DNA from: Candidatus Omnitrophota bacterium | GTDB taxonomy: Bacteria; Omnitrophota; Gorgyraeia; Gygaellales; Profunditerraquicolaceae | Direction of reading: 5' to 3' | DNA length: 64,000 nucleotides | Assembly: GCA_026387355.1 (NCBI GenBank) | Contig: JAPLLW010000008.1 | Span: 1,016-65,015 of the forward strand | Shown: positions 10,997-20,419 of the stretch, piece after piece | Layout of the letters: every line of letters begins with the position of its first letter | How positions within the stretch are numbered: the stretch's first letter is position 1 | Notes under the pieces: generated by a model | Database searches by the model: none | Told to the model about the DNA's origin: nothing | Seen by the model: the letters and a program-made list of their open reading frames with translations, nothing else | Program-made: the position numbers and the translations under genes

Positions 10997-12025
10997 ATGA
11001 AGAATGAATTAGCCAAGATTATTGTTGATCTCTATCGTAAAGACTGCGAAGTAGATATTGATATCCAAGATGTAAGTTTCTTATTTTTCTCAAGCAGAAT
11101 GAGCGATATACTGTTTGTATTCATTAAGGGGAATAAGCAACCGAAGTATGTATTAAAAGTCAGTCAAGACGAGATAAAAATTGAGCATATAAAAAAAGAG
11201 TGGGACATTTTAACTGGTATTAGCAGATTCAATGCCGGGATTTTACATAAAACTTTTCCTCTCCCGCTTTATAGCGGCGTGGTTAATGGGCATTATTTAT
11301 TCGTTGAAGAAGCTTGTAAAGGGATTCCTTTGGTTAATTTTATGTATTCTAAAAGAAATAAACGCAAAGAGATCTGCAATGTTTTACGTAGCACAACCGA
11401 ATGGATTTCGGAGCTACATCGCGTCTCATTCTTAGAAAATGTTTCAATCGATAATTTCTTATCAGCGGGATGGGTTATGAAAATAATAGAGTCATTCGGT
11501 AGTTTACATAATTTAACAGATCAGGAAAACCAGTTTATTAGGGAATTAATGCAGTTAAATAATTTGAAGGTCCCATTAGTAACGCAGCACAGTGATTTCT
11601 CGCCTTATAATATGTTTTGCGATAAAACTGGCAAAGCTTTATTTGTTTTAGATTGGCAATATTCAGTTTTAAGAGGTTCGCCGCTTGTAGATCTGTTAAA
11701 TTTTTTAGTGTTTTCTCAATCCCTACTTTCAAACCCAGGAAGATCAGCCAGGAAAAGAATTAACCTAAAATCATTTTTTGCCAACATTTATAATATACTT
11801 CCGGATCAGGACGACTTTATAAATACTTTCTACGGAAATGGCTGGTTCTCTAGGTTTGCCAGCGACTGCATTAAAGAATACTGCAACAAGATATCTCTGG
11901 ATAGAGGAGTATTGAGACTTATTTTTATTCTGTTTATCTTCCGGCACTTATATAATAAAAAAGATTTTTTTGCAACTTTTGTAGGAAAAGGTGATCCGGT
12001 TTTTATTAAAGCTATGAATACTTAA
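10997..12025 (+). CDS. APH/choline-kinase-like phosphotransferase
   Basis: VLKV lysine, Brenner motif QHSDFSPYNM, VLDWQ. Confidence 0.75.
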   Translation: MKNELAKIIVDLYRKDCEVDIDIQDVSFLFFSSRMSDILFVFIKGNKQPKYVLKVSQDEIKIEHIKKEWDILTGISRFNAGILHKTFPLPLYSGVVNGHYLFVEEACKGIPLVNFMYSKRNKRKEICNVLRSTTEWISELHRVSFLENVSIDNFLSAGWVMKIIESFGSLHNLTDQENQFIRELMQLNNLKVPLVTQHSDFSPYNMFCDKTGKALFVLDWQYSVLRGSPLVDLLNFLVFSQSLLSNPGRSARKRINLKSFFANIYNILPDQDDFINTFYGNGWFSRFASDCIKEYCNKISLDRGVLRLIFILFIFRHLYNKKDFFATFVGKGDPVFIKAMNT

Positions 12026-12051
12026 GACAGTTTATATGTAAATTTAATACT

Positions 12052-13096
12052 ATGAAAGATGTATACAAGAAGATTCTGATAATTAATCTCGGCAGTATCG
12101 GCGATATACTTTTATCTACTCCGGCTTTAGGAGGAATGAAAACATGTTTTTCCGGATCTCAAATCTCCATGTTGGCTATAAAGAGAGCCCATTTTTTGAC
12201 AAGGGGCTTGCTTTATATAGAAAAATGCTCATTTTTTTGTACGGGGGGTTAGAAATTTCTTAAAAGATTTAAAGACGCTGCTAGGATTAAGAAAATAATC
12301 TTATGATTTAGCAGTGAATATGCGCACTCTTGTTTCATGATGGGGAGCTCAGAAGATTAGGCTGTTTTTAGCTATAATTAATCCGTACCTTAAGGCAAAA
12401 AGTAATGCTAGCGCAAGAGGTAGTTTCTTTGATATAAACATAAAATAGAGTGATATGGGTGATAAATACGAGATGGAGTATGGTATAGAAATTGTAGAAG
12501 CAATCGGAGCGGAGGTTAGAGATAAGAAAATAGATTTGTTTGTAAATAGCCTTGAAGCCCGTAAGATCGATCAAATTCTTGAGCAAGAAGGCTTAGCTAA
12601 AAGCGATACGCTTGTCGGTATACATCCGGGGGGGGCAATTTCCAAGCCAGCGTTGGATATTAGAGAGGGTTGCTGAATTAGCCGGTAAGATTGCTCAAAA
12701 ACATAAGGTAAAAATATTGATTTTGGGGCATTCTAGCATAAAGACCTGGCTGATAAGATTGTTGCATTAATGAAGATAAAGCCAATTTTAGCCTTAGGTA
12801 TTTCTTAAAATAGGCTTGTTGCGATTATCGCACATTTTGATATACTGGTTTGTAATAATTCAGGGCCTTTGCATATTGCTGCGAGCTTTAGGATGCCTAT
12901 AGTATCGACGATGGGGCCGACGCATCCTTATCTCTGGCTGCCTATGGAGGATAACTATATTGTGCTTAGGAAAGGACTTTCTTGCAGCTCTTGCAGCAGG
13001 CCTGTTTGTCACAGACATAAATGTATGGAGTTAATTTCGACAGATGAAGTCTTACAGGTGGTTGAAATTTAAATCAACAGATTGAAGAAAAGTTAG
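12052..13096 (+). pseudogene. degraded GT9 glycosyltransferase (several frameshifts and stops)
   Basis: fragments KILIINLGSIGDILLSTPAL (12052), GIHPGG (about 12620), HIAA..MGPT..CSSC (12869); 3' half closely matches the 8722-9906 gene; in-frame TAA at 13070 precedes the likely original stop at 13094-13096. Confidence 0.85.
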
Positions 13097-13107
13097 GTTT
13101 GATTAGA

Positions 13108-14247
13108 ATGAACAAGAGAACGCTTTTGGTTACCTATGATTTTCCTCCGATTGTAAGCGGCATAGGTAGTTTTTTTTACAATACCTGGAGATTTTTGCCT
13201 AGTGCTGATAATTTTATTTTAGCACCGAGGGTTAAGGGGGCAGAGGCCATCGATAATAGTGGCAGAGTTAAGGTATTTCGTTATATCAATTGGTTTTCCT
13301 CACCCGCGATTAGATCATTGATTCTATTATTTTATTTACCTCTTTTGTTAACGCGCGAAAGAATAAATACGCTTATTTGCGCTGTCCCGGTAAGTATAGG
13401 AGTTATCGGATTGGGATTTAAAAAGTTTTTTCACCTACCCTATTGCGTATTTTATTACGGAGGAGAATTTGACAAGTATAAGCGCAATAAAATATTTATG
13501 GGTATAATTAAAATGGTTGTTAGAAATGCAAGCTACGTTATTACGAATAGCGGATATTCCAGTAAAGAAGTAGAAAAGTTTGGAATAGATACGAGCAAAA
13601 TCATTAAGATTACTCCTGGAGTTGATACGGAAAAGTTCAGGCCGGGGATAGATTGTTTTTTATTAAAGAAGAGGTACGGGCTCGAGGGTAAGAAGGTGTT
13701 ACTTACAGTTGCAAGGCTGGTGAAGAGAAAAGGCGTAGAGGTGGTTATTCAGTCGCTACCTAAAATATTGGATGCATGTCCTGAGGTTATTTATTTAATC
13801 GTTGGAACGGGTGAAGAGGAAGTTTATTTGAAAAGGTTAGTAAAAGAAAAAGGGCTGGAGGAGAAGGTAATTTTTGTTGGTTTTGTCAGCGATGAAGAAT
13901 TGCCTAAATACTATAATTTGTGTGATATCTACGTTATGCCTAATATAATAACCGAAGGAGATGAGACATTAGAGGGTTTCGGTATCTCATTCGTTGAGGC
14001 CAGCGCTTGTGCAAAACCCTGTATTGGTGGTTTATCAGGGGGTGTTGAGGAAGCCGTGGAAGAAGGAAAGACGGGGTTTTTAGTCAATCCCAGTAATACC
14101 GATATATTAATTGGTAGAATCATTTGGCTGCTTAATGATGAGAAGTTAAGGCGCAGTATTGGTGATAATGGTCGACAGAAGACAGCTAGTGATTTTAAGT
14201 GGCAAGATAGAGCGCAAAAGCTAAGGGATATTGTTGATGCTATATAG
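13108..14247 (+). CDS. GT4 glycosyltransferase (PimB/GumH-like)
   Basis: DFPPIVSGI, ARLVKRKG, EGFGISFVEASAC; ATG at 13108 (alternative TTG at 13099). Confidence 0.9.
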   Translation: MNKRTLLVTYDFPPIVSGIGSFFYNTWRFLPSADNFILAPRVKGAEAIDNSGRVKVFRYINWFSSPAIRSLILLFYLPLLLTRERINTLICAVPVSIGVIGLGFKKFFHLPYCVFYYGGEFDKYKRNKIFMGIIKMVVRNASYVITNSGYSSKEVEKFGIDTSKIIKITPGVDTEKFRPGIDCFLLKKRYGLEGKKVLLTVARLVKRKGVEVVIQSLPKILDACPEVIYLIVGTGEEEVYLKRLVKEKGLEEKVIFVGFVSDEELPKYYNLCDIYVMPNIITEGDETLEGFGISFVEASACAKPCIGGLSGGVEEAVEEGKTGFLVNPSNTDILIGRIIWLLNDEKLRRSIGDNGRQKTASDFKWQDRAQKLRDIVDAI

Positions 14248-14264
14248 TTAAAGGACAGAAGCAT

Positions 14265-15332
14265 ATGGAGAATTTAGAAGATAAATTCAGGGATCATAAA
14301 TTTGTTTGCCCAGGGTGCAAGGGTAAGCTGGATTATAGCAATGATTTGTTTTCATGTCCTCAATGTAAAAATAGCTGGCCGCTTGTAGAAGGCTTAGCGG
14401 ATTTTAGGGTTTCAAAAGATAAATACTGGGGTGAGCATCCGGAAGAGGAGATAGACAGGCTAATCCTACGTTGTAAACAGGTAGGGTGGTCTCAGGCGCT
14501 GAGGGATTTCTTTACCGTAAGTGATCCGGAATATTATGATTCAATTATAGATAAAATGAGGGCGAATTGGCATTTTCTTGTTCCTCTAGATAAAGATGCG
14601 CGAATTCTAGATGCGGGATGTGGTTGGGGCCCGCTCTCTTTTGAGTTAGCTTCTGTATATAAGGAAGTTATTGCTTTTGATATTACAATGCAAAGATTAA
14701 GATTTATCGATTTACGTAGAGTTAGCGAAGATTTAAATAATCTTACACCAGTATGTGGTCAGGTTAATCATCTCCCTTTTCCTGATGGACATTTCGATCT
14801 GGTGATTTTTAATGGGATCCTAGAGTGGATACCGGTGATGGAAAGCAAAATAAATCCATATCTTGCTCAGCTTCAGGCACTTAAGGAAGCAGCGCGCGTT
14901 TTGAAGAAAAGCGGCTATCTGTATTTAGCTATAGAGAATAGATGGTCAGTGATAAATTTCTTGGGTTTTAAAGATGCGCATTCCCATTTGCGTTTCGCGC
15001 CTTTATTGCCGCGATTCCTGGCAGATATTTATAGTAGAGTTGTTCGGAAAAAAGACTTTCGGGAATATACCCATACATATTGGCAGCAGGAAAAGATTTT
15101 AAAGGAAGCAGGTTTTTCTGAAACTAAATTTTATTCTCCATTACCTGCTTATCGTCGTTTTCAATTTATCCTACCGCTAAATAGAGTTTCAAGAACTAAG
15201 TTTTTTGTAAGACACCTGTTTCGGCCGCGGGATAACTTACAGGTATTTTTTTCTAGGATAATAAGGCTACCTTTTGTTCTTAATCTTACAAAATATTTCG
15301 TCCCAGATTTCAGTATTTTTGCCAAAAAGTGA
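14265..15332 (+). CDS. class I SAM methyltransferase with N-terminal Zn finger (paralog of 9909-10976)
   Basis: CPGC..CPQC; ILDAGCGWG; FDLVIFNGILEW; KDAHSHLRFA shared with the paralog. Confidence 0.85.
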   Translation: MENLEDKFRDHKFVCPGCKGKLDYSNDLFSCPQCKNSWPLVEGLADFRVSKDKYWGEHPEEEIDRLILRCKQVGWSQALRDFFTVSDPEYYDSIIDKMRANWHFLVPLDKDARILDAGCGWGPLSFELASVYKEVIAFDITMQRLRFIDLRRVSEDLNNLTPVCGQVNHLPFPDGHFDLVIFNGILEWIPVMESKINPYLAQLQALKEAARVLKKSGYLYLAIENRWSVINFLGFKDAHSHLRFAPLLPRFLADIYSRVVRKKDFREYTHTYWQQEKILKEAGFSETKFYSPLPAYRRFQFILPLNRVSRTKFFVRHLFRPRDNLQVFFSRIIRLPFVLNLTKYFVPDFSIFAKK

Positions 15333-15333
15333 A

Positions 15334-16233
15334 ATGCTAAAATATCTTATTGAAGACTATAATAATTATGACTATATTCTGCATAACGGGCAATACAGAG
15401 TCACTCTTTTTGTTTTCGAAAAGAATAATTATTACCCTCAGTATCTATTAAAGATATATTCCCAAGAGAATGCAGGTAATTTGAAGCAGTTACAGGGATT
15501 GTTGCAAAAAATAAACCTGTACAGTTTGGCGATACTTAAGGATTCTGTTCCAAAGCTGTTAAATTTACAGGAGTTCGGTAAATCGTGTGTAATTAAGGAA
15601 GAGTATGTTCAGGGGATACTTCTGGCAAGGTATGCCGAAGGAAGAGGGCTTGTATGGGAAAAGGATTTTTTTCTTAACTTGAGCCTAATTGCTGAATGGT
15701 TGGTTGCTTTGCATAAAAACTTTACTGTGGGAGAAATTTCGTTCAGCAAGGATAAAGTCGCGCTTTTATTGAAAGATACGCAGCAGTTTTTAGATACGGG
15801 ATTTTTAAATTTAAAAGATGGCTTGATAACTATTCCTACGGTAATTTCACATGGTGACCTTATGCCGATGAATGTTATAAGAGTTAAAAACAAAATCTCC
15901 GTTTTAGATTGGGATAAGATGAAAACTGAGGGCTTGCCTTTATGGGACTTGCTTACCTTCATACTTCACTATCTCCATTCGCGCTATCGATTTCAAATAG
16001 AAGGCGTGTATTTGAAGCCAGAAGTTTTCTTAAAGTATTTTAGTTTGATCTACCAGAAAGATAACGCTATATCTAGATTTGTAAAAGAGAGAGTAGGGTA
16101 TTATTGCTCGAGTTTAAAATTGAATGATTCCCAAAGAGATCTTTTAATATTGCTCTGGATTTATGATATGCTTTATCTGTGCGGTGGTAAAACAAACAAT
16201 CCTGTTTCTTTGCCCAGGCTATTAAAACTATAA
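15334..16233 (+). CDS. APH/choline-kinase-like phosphotransferase (counterpart of 10997-12025)
   Basis: YLLKI, SHGDLMPMNV, VLDWD; ATG at 15334 just after the MTase stop. Confidence 0.75.
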   Translation: MLKYLIEDYNNYDYILHNGQYRVTLFVFEKNNYYPQYLLKIYSQENAGNLKQLQGLLQKINLYSLAILKDSVPKLLNLQEFGKSCVIKEEYVQGILLARYAEGRGLVWEKDFFLNLSLIAEWLVALHKNFTVGEISFSKDKVALLLKDTQQFLDTGFLNLKDGLITIPTVISHGDLMPMNVIRVKNKISVLDWDKMKTEGLPLWDLLTFILHYLHSRYRFQIEGVYLKPEVFLKYFSLIYQKDNAISRFVKERVGYYCSSLKLNDSQRDLLILLWIYDMLYLCGGKTNNPVSLPRLLKL

Positions 16234-16246
16234 TATATTTTAGAAT

Positions 16247-16909
16247 ATGATTAAAAAGTTTTATCTCTGGTTACTTAAAGCTACCTCTAAACCTAAGGAG
16301 AAAAATGAGTATTCTAAGGGGCATTGGCAGAATGCAATTAGAGAAAAAGTTACTTCTTTATGCGGGGGTATTAATGGCAAGATTTTAGAGGTCGGCTGCG
16401 GAGAGGGTTTATTTTTAGAACATTTAGCTCAAGAGAAACCTAATCTTGAGCTTTGGGGTATCGATAATAGTCAGATAAGAATTAATGAGGCACAGAGTAA
16501 AAAAAAGGCGGGAGATCTAACTAATTTAAACTTTGCTGTGGAGGATGCCACCAAGCTTTCTTTCTCCGACGGAAGTTTTGAAGCGGTAGTCTGTATCAAT
16601 GTTCTTTTTAACCTTCCTTCAATTGAACTGCTCAAGCAGGTACTTAAGGAGATGAGGCGGGTGTGTAAAACATCCGGGAAGATTTATTTTGATTTCCGTA
16701 ACGCGCTGAACCCGCTACTTTTTTTGAAATACCGTTTAGCTCCTTTTTATGATGAAACTGTTAAGGATCTTCCACTTAAGACATATTCACAAAAACAGAT
16801 TTCAGATATACTCAAGGATTTGGATATCAAGATTATTAATAAATCGTATATTGGTTTGCCTTTTAAATTATTTGCACCTATTGTTATCATTGAGGCAGAG
16901 AGATGTTAG
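16247..16909 (+). CDS. class I SAM-dependent methyltransferase
   Basis: ILEVGCGEG, FSDGSFEAV, EMRRVCK.SG. Confidence 0.88.
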   Translation: MIKKFYLWLLKATSKPKEKNEYSKGHWQNAIREKVTSLCGGINGKILEVGCGEGLFLEHLAQEKPNLELWGIDNSQIRINEAQSKKKAGDLTNLNFAVEDATKLSFSDGSFEAVVCINVLFNLPSIELLKQVLKEMRRVCKTSGKIYFDFRNALNPLLFLKYRLAPFYDETVKDLPLKTYSQKQISDILKDLDIKIINKSYIGLPFKLFAPIVIIEAERC

Positions 16910-18084
16910 CCAAAATTCCTATTGCCGGAACCCCCATAGAATTTATGGATATATTTCGTGCCATTACGCGAAGTATAAATAAAGGCGCAACCCATGATTT
17001 TATTACAATCATGGAGCAGTTTTTGGGCACAAGATTTATTCATTTTACAGATTCCGGTTTAGCTTCATTTTATATAATCCTTGAGGCGCTCAAAAAGATT
17101 AGTGGTAAAAAAGAGGTGATTTTGCCGTCGTATACTGCCGGAAATTTGATAGTAGCGATACAAAAAGCTGGCCTAGTCCCGGTGTTATGCGATATAAGCA
17201 TGGAAGATTTCAACCCAGACAGGGACTCTTTGCTGAAGGCCGTTACTTCAGAAACACTCGCCGTAGTTCTTGTGCATATGTTTGGGATTCCGATTAAAGA
17301 TATAGAAGGGCTTAGGAATAAAATCCCCAGAGATGTTTTTATTATCGAAGATTGTGCTCAATCTTTTGGGGCTAGAGTGGGAGGTAAAAGCGTAGGGCGC
17401 TTCGGCGACATAAGTTTTTTTAGTTTTAATCGGGGTAAAAATTTGCCGACTTGCGGCGGAGGGTGTTTTGCCACTAGTTCCGGGAATTTATTTGAAGCGC
17501 TAATTCATGAAACAGAAAGATTTACTGCTAAGGAGAATTCACGGGAGATTTCTAAGACTATTTTAAAGACTTTAGCCATTTCATTGGCTGTTAGGCCTTT
17601 GGTTTATGGAATGGGGTATTTTTTTATCTCTCGCTTTAAGGATTTGAGTCTGATTAGTGATTTTGAGGTTAAAGATTATTCAAGTTTTCAAGCCTCCCTG
17701 GGGCTTGAGTTATATAAGAAAGCGGCTAGCCTTTACCATTCAAGGAATAAAAACGGGATGTTTCTTATTAATAGCCTTAAGGTTAATCAAAACCTGATTA
17801 TACCAAACATATCAAAAGATATCTTTCCTGTTTTTAATCGGTTTCCTCTTGTTTTTAAAAACCCGGAAAAAGTTACTCTGGCGCAAAAAAAGCTCTGGCA
17901 GGTTGGCATAGAAAGTTCTCAGATGTATTGCAGGCCGCTTTATCAGATGTTTAATTTGGGTTGTAAATTAGAATCTTTTCCTAACACCGAATATTTTTAT
18001 CCACGGCTTTTGACTCTGCCTGTACATCCAGGGGTAAAAGAAAAAGATCTAGCTAATATGACAAGGGTAATTAATAACTTATGA
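16903..18084 (+). CDS. DegT/DnrJ/EryC1/StrS PLP aminotransferase
   Basis: VHMFG, IEDCAQSFG, FSFNRGKNL (PLP Lys), LTLPVHP. Confidence 0.88.
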   Translation: MLAKIPIAGTPIEFMDIFRAITRSINKGATHDFITIMEQFLGTRFIHFTDSGLASFYIILEALKKISGKKEVILPSYTAGNLIVAIQKAGLVPVLCDISMEDFNPDRDSLLKAVTSETLAVVLVHMFGIPIKDIEGLRNKIPRDVFIIEDCAQSFGARVGGKSVGRFGDISFFSFNRGKNLPTCGGGCFATSSGNLFEALIHETERFTAKENSREISKTILKTLAISLAVRPLVYGMGYFFISRFKDLSLISDFEVKDYSSFQASLGLELYKKAASLYHSRNKNGMFLINSLKVNQNLIIPNISKDIFPVFNRFPLVFKNPEKVTLAQKKLWQVGIESSQMYCRPLYQMFNLGCKLESFPNTEYFYPRLLTLPVHPGVKEKDLANMTRVINNL

Positions 18085-19235
18085 TACCAAAGAGAAACTT
18101 AAAAAGGTTTTTAGGTAAAGCCATAAAGCAGCCGGGATATGCGCTTAAGGTTTTAAAAAAGCGTGTTGAGGCAAGCTTAAACTACAAATTGGGTGTGCCG
18201 GCAAAGGTTTTCCCGGAGTCGATTACTTTATTTTTAACCCATCAGTGTAATCTACGCTGCCGCATGTGTGGACAGTGGGGGGATAAAGGGGTTACCAGAA
18301 AGTTCTCCGTAGAGACCGCTAAAGAGCACCTTCAACCGGAGGAGCTGCGGCGTTTTATAGACGAGATTGCTGATTTTAGGCCGAGTATAACACTCTTTGG
18401 TGGAGAGCCATTGATTTATCCAGACTGTACCGAACTTATTAGATATATTAAACAGAAGAAGCTGCACTGTCTTATGATTACCAATGGTTCTCTTCTTGAG
18501 GCTCGTGCAGAAGAGATTGTTAAAAGCGGTTTAGATGAGCTGAATGTTTCTTTAGATGGCGCTTTAAGTCTGCATGATGAAATACGGGGGATGCCGGGGT
18601 TATTTGATAAGATTATGCGTGGATTGAAGCAAGTAGAGCATTATAAAGAAAAAGAGAAAAAGAATAAGCCACTTGTAAATTTACAATGCACGATCTCTAA
18701 GTACAATTATTTACATTTGGAAGAATTGCTTGGCGTAGCAGAAGAAGCAAAGGTTGATTCTTTAACATTTCATAATTTAATCTTTCTTGGAAATGAGTTA
18801 ATCCAAAAGCAAAAGGTTTTTGACGAATTGTTAAGTTCTAAATCCTGTGAGTGGGAGGGTTTTGTCTTTAATCCCGAGATAGACTCGGATATTTTATTTG
18901 AGAAGATCGAAAAGATAAGAGCCGGTCGTTACCGTTTTAATTTAGATTTTTACCCTAATTTCTCGCGCAGTGCCTTAAAGGAATACTATAATAATCCTAA
19001 TTATCTTCCTTCTGAATACTCAGCTCATTGTCTCAGCCCATGGATAGTTGCTTATGTTTTTCCCGATGGAGAAGTACGGCCGTGTTTAAATTTTAGTTAT
19101 TCTTTCGGGAATATCCACAAGAGAAGTTTTCGGGAGATTTGGTTTAGCGATGAGGCAATAAAATTCCGGCGCACACTTAAGCAAAACGGGCTTTTCCCGG
19201 TGTGCGTGCGTTGTACCGAATTGTACCGTTATTAA
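18081..19235 (+). CDS. radical SAM protein with SPASM/Twitch domain
   Basis: CNLRCRMC, GGEP, TNG; C-terminal C..PW...DGEVRPC...GN..CVRC. Confidence 0.9.
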   Translation: MIPKRNLKRFLGKAIKQPGYALKVLKKRVEASLNYKLGVPAKVFPESITLFLTHQCNLRCRMCGQWGDKGVTRKFSVETAKEHLQPEELRRFIDEIADFRPSITLFGGEPLIYPDCTELIRYIKQKKLHCLMITNGSLLEARAEEIVKSGLDELNVSLDGALSLHDEIRGMPGLFDKIMRGLKQVEHYKEKEKKNKPLVNLQCTISKYNYLHLEELLGVAEEAKVDSLTFHNLIFLGNELIQKQKVFDELLSSKSCEWEGFVFNPEIDSDILFEKIEKIRAGRYRFNLDFYPNFSRSALKEYYNNPNYLPSEYSAHCLSPWIVAYVFPDGEVRPCLNFSYSFGNIHKRSFREIWFSDEAIKFRRTLKQNGLFPVCVRCTELYRY

Positions 19236-19243
19236 TTGCAAAT

Positions 19244-20419
19244 ATGCCTTACCAGAGAGAGAAAATTAAAATTGCCGAGGTGATCACCAGATTAGATCAG
19301 GGTGGATCGCCGGAAGTTGTTTTAGCGCTCTTAAGAGGTCTGGACCATGAACGTTACGCAGTAACATTAATTAGCGGTTTAACTATGAATATGGCAGATA
19401 ATTTGTCCGAAAACATTAAGGACAAAAGAATTAAGTTTATTTATCTCCCGTCTTTGGTTCGTAATATCAATCCCGTTCTCGATGCAATTGCTTTCTTTAA
19501 ACTTTACGGTATATTCAAAAGAGAAAGATTCGGCATAGTGCATACCCATACTTCAAAGGCAGGTGCATTAGGAAGATTGGCAGCAAAGTTAGCAGGAACT
19601 CCGGTTGTAATATACAATACCCATGGACATGTGTTTTATGGCTATTTTAACCAGTTTTTTAATAAACTAATTATGTATATTGAGAAATTTTTAGCTAATT
19701 TTTCGGATGCGATTATAACACTTTCGAAGAAAGAAAAAGATGATTTTGTCAGCCTAAAGATTGCCAAGCCGGATAAACTTAGAGTAATTTATAATGGAAT
19801 CGATTTAGATAAATTCGCAAATACGCAAGTTGATATTGAAAAGAATAAAAAGGAATTGGATTTGCCATTAGATTGTCCAGTGGTGGGTTTGATCAGTCGC
19901 TTGGAACCGGTTAAAGACCCGCTTGGTTTTATTGAAGCGGCTAAAATTATTTGTAGCGCTATACCTAATAGCTGTTTTCTAATTGTTGGTGATGGTTCTT
20001 TGCGTAGTAAGGTCGAGGAAAGGGCTAGGCAGCTTGGGATTAAAGAGAAGGTTATTTTTACTGGTTTTCGCGAAGACATTCCGGAAATCCTAAAGACGCT
20101 TGATTTGGTAGTGCTCTGTTCTCTAAATGAAGGCCTAGGTATTTTGCTAATTGAGGCTCAGGCAGCAGGAATACCCGTAATTGCTACGCAGGTAGGGGGA
20201 ATCCCAGAGGTGGTTATCGACGGAGAAACAGGGATTCTTGTATTACCTGGTAAACCTGAGGCGCTAGCAAAGGCAGTTATTGGATTATTACAGGATAGGC
20301 CTCGTCTTTTACGCATGGGAAGATCTGCACAGGCTTGGGTAAGATCAAGATTTAGTATTGCTTCTATGTTACGGGAATATTCAGATCTTTATGAAAAACT
20401 TATCCTTAAGAATGCTTAA
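19244..20419 (+). CDS. GT4 glycosyltransferase
   Basis: HTHTSKAG, THGH, NEGLGILLIEAQAAG; likely ATG at 19244. Confidence 0.9.
   Translation: MPYQREKIKIAEVITRLDQGGSPEVVLALLRGLDHERYAVTLISGLTMNMADNLSENIKDKRIKFIYLPSLVRNINPVLDAIAFFKLYGIFKRERFGIVHTHTSKAGALGRLAAKLAGTPVVIYNTHGHVFYGYFNQFFNKLIMYIEKFLANFSDAIITLSKKEKDDFVSLKIAKPDKLRVIYNGIDLDKFANTQVDIEKNKKELDLPLDCPVVGLISRLEPVKDPLGFIEAAKIICSAIPNSCFLIVGDGSLRSKVEERARQLGIKEKVIFTGFREDIPEILKTLDLVVLCSLNEGLGILLIEAQAAGIPVIATQVGGIPEVVIDGETGILVLPGKPEALAKAVIGLLQDRPRLLRMGRSAQAWVRSRFSIASMLREYSDLYEKLILKNA

Noticed and set aside
12628-12635. phase-variable poly-G switch in GT9
   Set aside because: the gene carries several other independent stops and frameshifts, so a change in G-tract length could not restore it
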